A stretch of DNA of 64,000 bases from Thermoplasmata archaeon (GTDB taxonomy: Archaea > Thermoplasmatota > Thermoplasmata > Thermoplasmatales > GCA-001856825): positions 3,447 through 67,446 of the forward strand of contig JBMFTY010000003.1 of NCBI GenBank assembly GCA_049966795.1. The letters run 5' to 3'. The notes below the pieces were generated by a model, which searched no databases, was not told the DNA's origin, and worked only from the letters and a program-made list of their open reading frames with translations. Positions 39,277 through 47,638 of the stretch are shown piece after piece. A program made the translations under genes and the position numbers. Numbering within the stretch: position 1 is the stretch's first letter; each line of letters opens with the position of its first letter.

Positions 39277-40194
39277 TTAGGACCTGATATCCTCCATGAC
39301 GGAAGAATTATGCCCGTCGATAAGGAGGAATATGTTCTCCGACTTTCTGGTGAAAACGAGAGACCATATAGGGACGTGCACTAGATACATGTCAGCAATT
39401 TCTACGTTCACCTCCGCGGAGAGAAACCCGTGTACCCTACGTTGCAGTCTTCTGATCACCCACTGCTGCAGCCTGATCTTTCCCTCCACCCTCGCCTTTT
39501 CCTCGCCCATGGTACCGTTCATGAGTTTTACCGGACCTGAGAGGTCCTTCGGGGATAGCTCCCTCTTGTTAGAGAGGTTGAAAATGTAATCGGGCGGTTG
39601 ATACTGGTTCAGATTCTCCACTGCCACCACGGGATAACTGACCTTGTCCACGTCCGTGCCAGATTCTATGACCGTTTGCATGCTCACAGTCGGCCCCCCA
39701 AAACCGCCCCTTCCTCCTATGCCCACTCCCACGAATCCCCCAGGGTTCACCTGTTCCCTCTTGTATCTGTATTGAGCAGAATACCCGGCATCAATAACCC
39801 AGTAGGGAACGTAGCTAAGCTCTACCTTTGAAAGGGTGCTCTTCTCGAAGAGGTGCCTGTGGAACAGGCTTCTGTCCAGGAACTGCTTTGATATCTCCTC
39901 CGCCTGCTCCTTCATCGCAACCTTGAGGTCCAGAATGAAATGCTTCTTGACCCTCGACCAGCCGAGGGAACCGAGGGAAACGGATGTGCCGCAGTAGCTG
40001 CACACGACCATGGCTTCCCCCTCGGCAGGATTCAGGGGAGCACCGCAGCTCGGGCATTTCATTTCCTTGAGCACCTCCACCTGGCCTCCAGCTGTCTGGT
40101 CAGGAGATGCAGTTTGGGAATCCTGCCTGGCACCGCATTTTGGGCAGAATACTGAATCGTCCGGAATTTCCGCTCCGCATTTCCTGCAGTACAT
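39277..40194 (-). CDS. double zinc-ribbon protein with uncharacterised C-terminal domain (YdjG-like architecture)
   Basis: CRKCGAEIPDDSVFCPKCG and CPSCGAP...CSYCG, then about 220 aa containing SYVPYWVIDA and a Gly-rich loop GGFVGVGIGGRGGFGG. Its ATG shares 1 nt with the upstream stop (TGATG). Confidence 0.5.
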   Translation of the reverse strand: MYCRKCGAEIPDDSVFCPKCGARQDSQTASPDQTAGGQVEVLKEMKCPSCGAPLNPAEGEAMVVCSYCGTSVSLGSLGWSRVKKHFILDLKVAMKEQAEEISKQFLDRSLFHRHLFEKSTLSKVELSYVPYWVIDAGYSAQYRYKREQVNPGGFVGVGIGGRGGFGGPTVSMQTVIESGTDVDKVSYPVVAVENLNQYQPPDYIFNLSNKRELSPKDLSGPVKLMNGTMGEEKARVEGKIRLQQWVIRRLQRRVHGFLSAEVNVEIADMYLVHVPIWSLVFTRKSENIFLLIDGHNSSVMEDIRS

Positions 40195-41345
40195 CAGCTC
40201 ACCTTCTCACCACAGTTGGGGCAGAATTTCGCCCCAGGGGGGATGTCTGAGCCGCATTTGCTGCACTTCTGGGCGATGGCCTTCCCGCATTCAGGACAGA
40301 ATTTCGAATTCTTAGGTATGTCCTTCCCGCAGTACGGGCACTTCATCGTCTCCGAGCTTCTGAAGTCGTAGCCGCATGATGGACAGAATCTTGCGTTTTC
40401 GTCAACGTCGCTCTGGCACCTCGGGCATTTCTTTGTCTTCCTTTCCTGGGGCTGCGTCATACCCTGCATGATGTTGCTCGCCATGGGATATGCCATCCCC
40501 CCTCCTGCGCCGATACCCATCCCTAGACCCAGACCCGCGGATGCCCCGCCACTAGGATTCTTCGCGGCATCCTCCATCGCCTTGCCAGCCTGGAACTGGA
40601 GGTAGTTTGCACCTACGACCTTCATGCTCGATCTCGTATCGACGGCCTTCTGAACTTCCTCGGGTAGTGAGATACTGAGACCAGAGATTTTGTTTATCTC
40701 GATCCCGTACTGGTCGAATGCCCCCTTAGAAAGCGCCAGGACAGCCTCCTCAATGTTCATAAGGTTAGAGGGAAGGTCCAGAACGGAGATACCCTGATCC
40801 TTCATCTTCCCCAGGACGTTGTAAATGAGAAGAACGATCTGGTCCCTTATCCTATCTTCCACGTCCGCGCTCGTCTCCGCATTGAATGTACCAACGAACT
40901 GGTTGACAAATATGGACGGATCTGATATCCTGTACCTCATTTCCCCGAAAAGTCTTAGCATGACGACATCGAAATCCTTGTCCCTGAAAGCGTAGGGTTC
41001 CTTCGAACCGAACTTTCCATCTATGATCCTTCTCTGGAGGTAGTACACGTATGCCTGCTGCTGAACCCCGGAGAGAACTTTAACGAGCCCACCCACTATG
41101 GGAGCATTCAGGTCCGTGAGAGCGTATCTCCCAGGCCTGTCAATGTACCAGATCGCCTTCCCATCCCTGAAGAACACTGCGGTCTCATCTTCCCTCACGA
41201 CCACGTTGTCGTTCAGCCTGATCAACCTAGGGACCTTCCACATTATGTTTCCCTGCTTGTACTGATCTTCCCACTCAAAAGTGGTAGAACCGAAGAGACT
41301 TCCCCCCTTGGAGGGAATATCTTTCTGCTTTCCACCTAGAGCCAT
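40194..41345 (-). CDS. SPFH/Band-7-like protein (COG4260/PF13421-like) with three C-terminal zinc ribbons
   Basis: The N-terminal 260 aa fit the family pattern (VREDETAVFFRDGK...PGRYALTD...RDKDFDVVMLRLFGEMRYRISDP..F). A Gly/Ala/Met-rich linker follows. The C-terminus has CPRC..CPSCG, CPYCG..CPECG and CSKCG..CPNCG. Confidence 0.8.
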   Translation of the reverse strand: MALGGKQKDIPSKGGSLFGSTTFEWEDQYKQGNIMWKVPRLIRLNDNVVVREDETAVFFRDGKAIWYIDRPGRYALTDLNAPIVGGLVKVLSGVQQQAYVYYLQRRIIDGKFGSKEPYAFRDKDFDVVMLRLFGEMRYRISDPSIFVNQFVGTFNAETSADVEDRIRDQIVLLIYNVLGKMKDQGISVLDLPSNLMNIEEAVLALSKGAFDQYGIEINKISGLSISLPEEVQKAVDTRSSMKVVGANYLQFQAGKAMEDAAKNPSGGASAGLGLGMGIGAGGGMAYPMASNIMQGMTQPQERKTKKCPRCQSDVDENARFCPSCGYDFRSSETMKCPYCGKDIPKNSKFCPECGKAIAQKCSKCGSDIPPGAKFCPNCGEKVS

Positions 41346-41867
41346 CTAAACACCCCCGTAGAGCAAGGTATCCCTGCTGGTGTTCAGCGATGTTATTTCA
41401 TCAACAAGCGCCTGAATCATGGTCAACCCTGAGAAATCCCCGTTTCCAGAGACGCATGACTTCAGAAGGGAATCCACTGCACCTTCAATCCCCTGGATCT
41501 TCTCGAAAATCTTCATGTCAAGGTCATAGAGGGAAGAGATCTTCTTTGCATCAACCCTCACGGGAGGGGAAATACCTGTGTAGCCGGCAGCGTGGTGCTT
41601 CACGGCCTCCGCTGCAGTCTGCATCTTCGATCTTAGTGAGCCGAAATAATCCAAGTTCTTGAAGATGCCATTCCTCACAAGAGCCTGCTCCGCCTCCTTG
41701 AGCTTGGATATGCAGTTCAGCATCCTTTTGTAAAGCTCGTCCTTCAGTATCACGTCCGCATCCCGAAGGTCCTCGTTTACCCTGTAGCCGTGATAACCTG
41801 GGAATATTAGCTGTATCTTCTTTATTATCCCTCTATCTTCAACGACGCTGTCCCTAAGGTCAGTCAT
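41346..41867 (-). CDS. hypothetical helical protein, first gene of the SPFH module
   Basis: 173 aa from the ATG at 41867 (MTDLRDS...). The upstream part of the 211-aa ORF would run into the divergent malic enzyme promoter. The stop abuts the next ATG (TAGATG). No family recognised. Confidence 0.5.
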   Translation of the reverse strand: MTDLRDSVVEDRGIIKKIQLIFPGYHGYRVNEDLRDADVILKDELYKRMLNCISKLKEAEQALVRNGIFKNLDYFGSLRSKMQTAAEAVKHHAAGYTGISPPVRVDAKKISSLYDLDMKIFEKIQGIEGAVDSLLKSCVSGNGDFSGLTMIQALVDEITSLNTSRDTLLYGGV

Positions 41868-41871
41868 TGTA

Positions 41872-41888
41872 CCCCTATTTAAAAGGGG
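41872..41888 (-). promoter_or_regulatory. GC-clamped AT palindrome just upstream of the SPFH module
   Basis: Plus strand reads CCCCTATTTAAAAGGGG (minus strand CCCCTTTTAAATAGGGG), ending 4 nt before the ATG at 41867. A second TATA-like GTATTTAC lies about 23 nt upstream of the ATG. Confidence 0.3.
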
Positions 41889-41980
41889 ATGTAAATACTT
41901 TCCCAAGGATGCCTCACGGGGAAATGAGGGAAATTTGGCCTTGGGTATAGCGCCTGAACACATTCTAACAAAGTTTAACA

Positions 41981-43342
41981 TTGCGCATGCAATACCCTGT
42001 TATGAGGAATGAAGGGGAGTCTGGTAGTGAGAGGTATTCCACTTTGGCTATAAAGTACGCCAGGGAATTCTTGGGGAAGATTCAGACCATCCCAAAGGTC
42101 CCTGTTACAAGTCTGGATGATTTTTCAGTCTGGTATACTCCCGGCGTTGCCGCAGTATCAAAGGAAATTTCGAAAAACACGGACCTATCGTTTGAGATGA
42201 CTTGGAGGTGGAACTCAGTTGCGATAGTCACGGATGGAACACGCGTTCTCGGACTAGGGAACGTTGGGCCAGAGGCCTCTCTTCCAGTTATGGAAGGGAA
42301 GGGTCTGATCTTCAAGTATCTTGGCGGCGTGGACGCGATTCCCATACCTATAAACGTACATGAGAGGGAGCAGATCATCAGCGTCGTTCAGGCGCTGGAA
42401 CCGGCGTTCGGGGGAATAAATCTTGAGGACATAGAGTCTCCGAAATGCTTCTACCTTCTGGAGAAGCTGAGGGAGTCGATGAAAATACCTGTATGGCATG
42501 ATGACCAGCTTGGAACTGCGGGCGCAACGCTCGCCGGTCTCATCAATGCCCTGAAATTGACAGGAAGGAAGGAGAGCGATACGAAGATTGTGGTCGTGGG
42601 TTCGGGTGCGGCAAACATAGCAACCGTAAACCTCCTATCGCACGCTGGCTTTGACCTGAAAAATATCACGATGGTGGATTCCCATGGGATCCTTCACCCT
42701 GAGAGGGAGGATATGGATACGCTGATGAAGAACAACCCCTGGAAGTACAACCTCGCCCTTAAGACGAACGGCCAGAGGAGAAAGGGGGACATCGCGGAGG
42801 CGATGGAGGGGGCTGACGCAGTGGTCGCGGCTTCAAAACAGGGGCCTGGGGTAATAAAGGGAGAATGGGTGAGGAGGATGGAAAAGAGGGCAATCATATT
42901 CGCTCTCGCAAATCCAATACCGGAGATATGGCCCAACGAAGCGAAGGAAAATGGAGCGGAGATCGTGGCAACAGGCAGGTCGGACTTTCCAAACCAGGTT
43001 AACAACAGCCTCGTTTTCCCGGGAGTGTTCAGGGGCGCGCTGGATGCCCGCGTAACCAAGATAAATGAGAGGATGATAGTGGAGGCTGCAAGGGAACTTG
43101 CAAGGTTTGCGGAGGAGAAGGGAATAAGCGATCAGTACATAATACCGACGATGGAAGAATGGGAGGTGTTCCCACGCGTCGCGGCGGCTATCGGGAACTC
43201 GGGGGTCAAGGAAGGCCTGGCCAGGGTGAGGATGAGCAGGGAGGAATTCCTGGAGAGGGCAAAGGAGATAATAAGCGCTAACAGGCTGATCATAGAAAAG
43301 ATGATTGGCATGAAATTGATAAGGAGTGTGAGTGAGATATGA
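41981..43342 (+). CDS. NAD(P)-dependent malic enzyme
   Basis: KVPV....D.S..YTPGVA, GLGN.GP.A..PVMEGK and a Rossmann GSGAA motif. The start codon is uncertain (TTG 41981, ATG 41987 or ATG 42002). Confidence 0.9.
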   Translation: MRMQYPVMRNEGESGSERYSTLAIKYAREFLGKIQTIPKVPVTSLDDFSVWYTPGVAAVSKEISKNTDLSFEMTWRWNSVAIVTDGTRVLGLGNVGPEASLPVMEGKGLIFKYLGGVDAIPIPINVHEREQIISVVQALEPAFGGINLEDIESPKCFYLLEKLRESMKIPVWHDDQLGTAGATLAGLINALKLTGRKESDTKIVVVGSGAANIATVNLLSHAGFDLKNITMVDSHGILHPEREDMDTLMKNNPWKYNLALKTNGQRRKGDIAEAMEGADAVVAASKQGPGVIKGEWVRRMEKRAIIFALANPIPEIWPNEAKENGAEIVATGRSDFPNQVNNSLVFPGVFRGALDARVTKINERMIVEAARELARFAEEKGISDQYIIPTMEEWEVFPRVAAAIGNSGVKEGLARVRMSREEFLERAKEIISANRLIIEKMIGMKLIRSVSEI

Positions 43343-43809
43343 CCGAGGTAAAGATAAGGGACCTCAAGGAGGAGGACCTGAAAGACGCTACAAATCTGGT
43401 TGTGCGCCTGAAGAAATTCAATTCTGAGCACGATCCTCTTTTCATCGTGACCAGTGATCTAGAGGAGAGGGTCCTAGAATACCTGAGCAGCGCCATCCGC
43501 CTGGACACAAGAGACGTCCTTGTGGCGGAGGCAGGGGGCAAGATCGTGGGAATGATCATGGGGGAGATCGTGGAACGCCACTTCTACGAGCCTCTCAAGG
43601 AACTGAGGGTCACGGAAATATACGTTCTACCGGAATACAGGAAGACAGGCCTGGGGAAGAAGCTTGTAAACTCGCTGATAGAGAAGGAAAGATCGAAGGG
43701 ATGCGGCATGATAACGGTGGAATTCCCCACGGAGAACCTGCTTGCCCACAAATTCTATACTAGCCAGGGAATGAGAAGCATCATCTCCATCTACGGAAAA
43801 AAGATATAG
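43339..43809 (+). CDS. GNAT family N-acetyltransferase
   Basis: EIYVLPEYRKTGLGKKLV acetyl-CoA binding motif (Q/RxxGxG/A type). Confidence 0.8.
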   Translation: MTEVKIRDLKEEDLKDATNLVVRLKKFNSEHDPLFIVTSDLEERVLEYLSSAIRLDTRDVLVAEAGGKIVGMIMGEIVERHFYEPLKELRVTEIYVLPEYRKTGLGKKLVNSLIEKERSKGCGMITVEFPTENLLAHKFYTSQGMRSIISIYGKKI

Positions 43810-43812
43810 CGC

Positions 43813-44133
43813 TCACCTAAAAAACCTGGAAATGTACAGGGAAACGACAAGTATCGCAAAGACAGCGGTTGCAATTGCTACGAAATTCCTGTCCCTCTCC
43901 CTGACGTATATGAAAATCTGCAGGAACATCCTCCCTATGGGGGAGATTATGAGGAGCAGGATTCCAAGCTGTATTATCGCAAACGGTCTCACGCTCAGAA
44001 CTCCAATGCCTATCGCAGCTGGATAGTGCGGAAACACCTGCGTGTTCAGTCCGCCGCTTCTTATCAGGGTGAGCACGGGAAGATTCACGTATCCGCTCGA
44101 ACCCGTTGCGAGAAATTCCAGGGTGCCGAACAC
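43813..44133 (-). CDS. DUF1634 membrane protein, start unresolved
   Basis: Paralog of 47626-48021, directly downstream of a TSUP permease. The first canonical start (GTG at 44133) would cut off the predicted first TM helix, which is encoded upstream in the same open frame. Confidence 0.55.
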   Translation of the reverse strand: MFGTLEFLATGSSGYVNLPVLTLIRSGGLNTQVFPHYPAAIGIGVLSVRPFAIIQLGILLLIISPIGRMFLQIFIYVRERDRNFVAIATAVFAILVVSLYISRFFR

Positions 44134-44199
44134 AATTATTGAGACGGAGATTATTACGCTCCATATCAGGTACTGGGAAAGGATCTTAGAGGATAGGGC

Positions 44200-44266
44200 T
44201 TCCTCCTTCTCCTTCTTCTCCTCAATGACCCTTACTTCCTCTTCCTCCTCCTCTTCTTCCTCCTCT
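44200..44266 (-). repeat. polypurine (GAR)n low-complexity tract
   Basis: The minus strand reads GAGGAGGAAGAAGAGGAGGAGGAAGAGGAAG...GAGGAGAAGAAGGAGAAGGAGGAAG. In the DUF1634 frame this encodes EEEEEEEEEEVRVIEEKKEKEE. Confidence 0.7.
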
Positions 44267-45116
44267 ACACGCGTATTCCCACCCCGTTGAGAAGCATCTC
44301 TACCGCAACCGCCACAACAATAACAGCAAAAACCTTCCTGACTGTTGTACTTCTTATCTTCACTAAGAGTCTAGTCCCCAGGATTGCGCCGGCCAGAACA
44401 CCTATTGCCACTGGCGCCGAGATGAAAGGATTCACGTCGCCATTGAAGAAATATATCCCTGCACTTGCGGCCGCAGTGATTCCTATCATAAAGTTTGAGG
44501 TGGTGGTGGAAACCTTTATCGGAAGCTTCATGAACTCGTCAAGAGCTATGACCTTGAAGACCCCTGACCCTATTCCAAGCAAGCCGGAGAGGAGGCCTGC
44601 AATGAACATCACCGTCGATCCGCCCGTTAGCCCGGTGACATTGTATTTCACCTCCTTCTTCACGTTGGGATCGTAGTAGCTGCCGTTGAGCGATAGCTTC
44701 TCCGCAAGCGGGGAGTTCTTCACCCCTTCCTGAGTTTCCTCACCCATCTTTCTTATGAAAGGAAGAAGGGAGATAAGGAGGACGATGCCAAATGTGATGT
44801 AAACGATCCTCACTGGAGTGACATGCTCCAGAACTGCGCCCGCAATCGCGCCCGTAGTCGTGAATAGCACGAGAAAAGTGCCGACCCTTATGTTCGATAT
44901 CCTGTCCTTCACGTATGCGGATGCTGCCCCGCTGGACGTTGCTATCACCGAGATTATTGATGCACCTATAGCAAGAGAGATTGGTACCCTGAAAAATAGT
45001 GTTAAGAAAGGTACGATAAGGACCCCGCCTCCAAGTCCTGCCAGCGATCCTAAGACGCCCGCGAAGAGGGAGGCTAGCAGGATGAGAATGATATACAGCA
45101 GGGCCAGATCATTCAT
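44265..45116 (-). CDS. TSUP (TauE/SafE) family anion permease
   Basis: Polytopic protein of 283 aa with two LGxGGG(V/I) repeats (LAGLGGGVLIVP, LLGIGSGVF). Confidence 0.85.
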   Translation of the reverse strand: MNDLALLYIILILLASLFAGVLGSLAGLGGGVLIVPFLTLFFRVPISLAIGASIISVIATSSGAASAYVKDRISNIRVGTFLVLFTTTGAIAGAVLEHVTPVRIVYITFGIVLLISLLPFIRKMGEETQEGVKNSPLAEKLSLNGSYYDPNVKKEVKYNVTGLTGGSTVMFIAGLLSGLLGIGSGVFKVIALDEFMKLPIKVSTTTSNFMIGITAAASAGIYFFNGDVNPFISAPVAIGVLAGAILGTRLLVKIRSTTVRKVFAVIVVAVAVEMLLNGVGIRV

Positions 45117-45193
45117 TTGCCGCTAATCCAGTATTATGGAATTAATCTTTCCATGCCACGGGAAGAATGATCCGGCGCCTCTTGGAATAGAGG

Positions 45194-45652
45194 TCACACT
45201 ACCTTTATCTCGTCCACGAACCTCAGTTTCTCAAGCACCTTGAATTTGGGAATATCCTTCGGGATGGAAAGGGTCTTCACGTTGACTATGGAATCCACAA
45301 GCTCCTCGAAATCCTTCTCGCTGACATCCACTAGTGAGAGCTTTTCGATGTTCCTGAAGGCGACCTTCTTGTTGTATCCCCTTAGCTCCGGCCCGGTTAT
45401 CTCCAGGGATTTCAGGTCGCGTATCATGGCCACTCTCCCCTCAGAGAGCCCCTGAAAGAACTCCTGGCCAACCTTTCTTGTCTCCGTGGCTGCCGCTAGT
45501 GCGAGCTTGTATGCGTCATTTGTTACCTCCCCAACCGTCCTCCCAGTTTCCCTTGCCAGGGTTTTCATCCTCTCGTACAGGTTTTTCTGTATTCCCTTTA
45601 TTGATATGTTCTCTCTGTCCTCGTCCTCTTCCTTCTTTTTGTCTGCTGCCAT
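45194..45652 (-). CDS. hypothetical protein, possible ribbon-helix-helix N-terminus
   Basis: Acidic N-terminal tail, then ISIKGIQKNLYERMKTLARETGRTVGEVTNDAYKLAL, which has a strand-helix-helix pattern by eye. No family recognised. Confidence 0.4.
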   Translation of the reverse strand: MAADKKKEEDEDRENISIKGIQKNLYERMKTLARETGRTVGEVTNDAYKLALAAATETRKVGQEFFQGLSEGRVAMIRDLKSLEITGPELRGYNKKVAFRNIEKLSLVDVSEKDFEELVDSIVNVKTLSIPKDIPKFKVLEKLRFVDEIKVV

Positions 45653-45682
45653 ATAGAGTGATGTGATTCTTGATTAAAAAGA

Positions 45683-45700
45683 TTTCTGGAAATCCAGAAA
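45683..45700. promoter_or_regulatory. perfect 8-bp inverted repeat
   Basis: TTTCTGGA-AA-TCCAGAAA lies between the stop of the hydrolase gene (45701) and the start of the 152-aa gene (45652). Confidence 0.3.
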
Positions 45701-46408
45701 TCAGGAAAGCAAAAAATCGTTCAAAATTCTTCCAACGTGTTCCGGGTGTGTAACATGGGGCACATGCCCCCCATCACTGATTTCAACGTATGTGCTGTTC
45801 GGGATGAGCTCCTTAAATCTTAGACCGTTTTCCCTAGGTATAACGCTGTCCCTCCCTCCCCATAGAATCAGGGTCCTGCTTTTCAACGACTGAAGTTCCT
45901 CCACCTTCAATTTCCATTTTGGATCAGCGTTGTTTACCACGATGCTTCTTATCACTCGCTCCTCGTTCATTCTGTTTGAGGCCATAATTCTTCTTATCAG
46001 GACCTCCCTCTCCCCGACATCCAGTTCCCCAAAAGTTCTGTTTATGCCTGCACTGTCCTCAAGAACGATCTTCTCCGGCTCGAGGATATCAACTGCAAAT
46101 CTGAGCGAGATCCAGCCACCGTATGAATTGCCGATCAAGGAAAATCTCTCGAATCCCATACCCAAGATGAACTCCCTCAGTGCTGCCTCTTGAAGGGATA
46201 TAGTGTATTCTGTCTCGGGTTTTGAAGATCTGCCGTGGCCTAAAAGGTCCAGGAAATATAGAGCCAAATCCTCGCTGAGGTACCTCTGAAGCTTGATCCA
46301 GGAGTTTCCCGTTCCGCCCAGACCGTGGAGAAATATGGCAGGGTATTTTCCTTTGCGCTCAAGGAAAGATATCCTTCCAAGTGAGGTCTGAAATTCACTT
46401 CTCTCCAT
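45701..46408 (-). CDS. alpha/beta hydrolase
   Basis: FLHGLGG oxyanion region, GNSYGG nucleophile elbow, and a C-terminal GGH catalytic histidine region. Confidence 0.8.
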   Translation of the reverse strand: MERSEFQTSLGRISFLERKGKYPAIFLHGLGGTGNSWIKLQRYLSEDLALYFLDLLGHGRSSKPETEYTISLQEAALREFILGMGFERFSLIGNSYGGWISLRFAVDILEPEKIVLEDSAGINRTFGELDVGEREVLIRRIMASNRMNEERVIRSIVVNNADPKWKLKVEELQSLKSRTLILWGGRDSVIPRENGLRFKELIPNSTYVEISDGGHVPHVTHPEHVGRILNDFLLS

Positions 46409-46762
46409 ATTTCCTTAACGTGAATCCCGATAAATCGTTATTCATTCTTCCCTGACGTTGAATATATGTTCTGCGGATTCAATTTTTTATCTGTTCATCG
46501 CTACCTTTTAGCCCCCTTAACCGGTAAGGTTAATCGTTTATATGAAGTGAAAGTTTTTTTACAGGATGTCGATTTTCTTCTTCCGGGGAGATTTCTCAGC
46601 ACGGGAACGGCCTAGCTGTTCCTCCTTTTCAATGTACCTTAATGATGAGGTCCTCGAGATGGTAAGGGAAAGTGTTCAAAACCTCCCGCTTTCGCTCCAC
46701 TGTGAGGAGCCTAGTAGCCTTGGCTCAACCGGGTATCGACTTCGCTTTTAGAGAGGTGCTCA

Positions 46763-47638
46763 ATGTTTCCACTTTCATTTCTTGATTACTTCTTTCTCGT
46801 GCTCCTCATCGCCTTCGGGGCGGGCTGCCTGGGAGCCCTCGTTGGAATTGGTGGGGGCATAGTGATCTCACCCGTGGTAACTCTCTTTGGTGTCCCGCCC
46901 GTTTATGCCATAGGCGCGAGCCTGATCGGCGTAATAGCAACGTCCTGCGGTGCAGGAATCACATCGTTCAACAGGGGCTCCCCTGCAAACTACAGGGTCG
47001 GCACATTGCTCCTCATCACAATAACTGCAGGGGCCATAATCGGAACTCTTACTACGATAACCCTCTCGAGAATGCACATTGACTGGATTCTCTACCTCGC
47101 GTTCGGTTGCGTCCTGCTTTTCTGCGCAGTTGACCTGATCAGAGGTGGCGTTACCACGGATACCATCTCGACAGTCCCGGCCCAAGGTTTCACGGAGAGG
47201 CTAAAACTGGGATCGAAATATCTTGATCCTATACAGAACAGGGAGGTGGAATACCATCCCCACAGGGTTGCCGAAGGAATGACAGCCATGTTTGGCGCAG
47301 GAATTATTTCGGGCCTGCTTGGCGTTGGGGGTGGGGTTTTCAATTCCCTCGCTATGAACTCCGTCATGAAAATCCCGTTCAAAGTTTCAGCGGCTACAAG
47401 CAATTTCATGCTTGGCGTTACGGCCGCAACGAGCGCTGGGATCCTGTTTTCATCAGGGTTCATATTTCCCCCCATCGTAGCGCCGGTGATTCTAGGTATC
47501 CTTCCTGGATCAATCGTGGGCAGGAAATTGCTGAATAGGGTGAGAACCCCCATAGCAAAGACCGTTCTGATTCTAGTCCTTCTAGCAGTGGGAGTGGAGA
47601 TGCTCTTGAAGGGAGGTTTGGTGACTTGGTTCAGGTGA
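46763..47638 (+). CDS. TSUP (TauE/SafE) family anion permease
   Basis: 291 aa paralog of 44265-45116, with roughly 40 percent identity by eye and the same LVGIGGGIVISP / LLGVGGGVF repeats. Confidence 0.85.
   Translation: MFPLSFLDYFFLVLLIAFGAGCLGALVGIGGGIVISPVVTLFGVPPVYAIGASLIGVIATSCGAGITSFNRGSPANYRVGTLLLITITAGAIIGTLTTITLSRMHIDWILYLAFGCVLLFCAVDLIRGGVTTDTISTVPAQGFTERLKLGSKYLDPIQNREVEYHPHRVAEGMTAMFGAGIISGLLGVGGGVFNSLAMNSVMKIPFKVSAATSNFMLGVTAATSAGILFSSGFIFPPIVAPVILGILPGSIVGRKLLNRVRTPIAKTVLILVLLAVGVEMLLKGGLVTWFR

Noticed and set aside
43817-44164. A 115-aa alternative-frame ORF (MERNNLRL...) that supplies an ATG near the DUF1634 gene.
   Set aside because: Its product is hydrophilic and Arg/His-rich, unlike the paralogous DUF1634 membrane protein. 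It is in the wrong frame relative to the conserved TM segments.
46409-46762. The 354-nt spacer upstream of the second TSUP gene. It contains the ORF 46566-46751 and a minus-strand frame reading AKATRLLTVERKREVLNTFPYHLEDLIIKVH followed by a stop.
   Set aside because: The minus-strand frame has no ATG and is bounded by a stop 31 codons upstream. The plus-strand ORF has no motif. This is probably a promoter region or a gene remnant, with a TATA-like TTTATAT near 46530.
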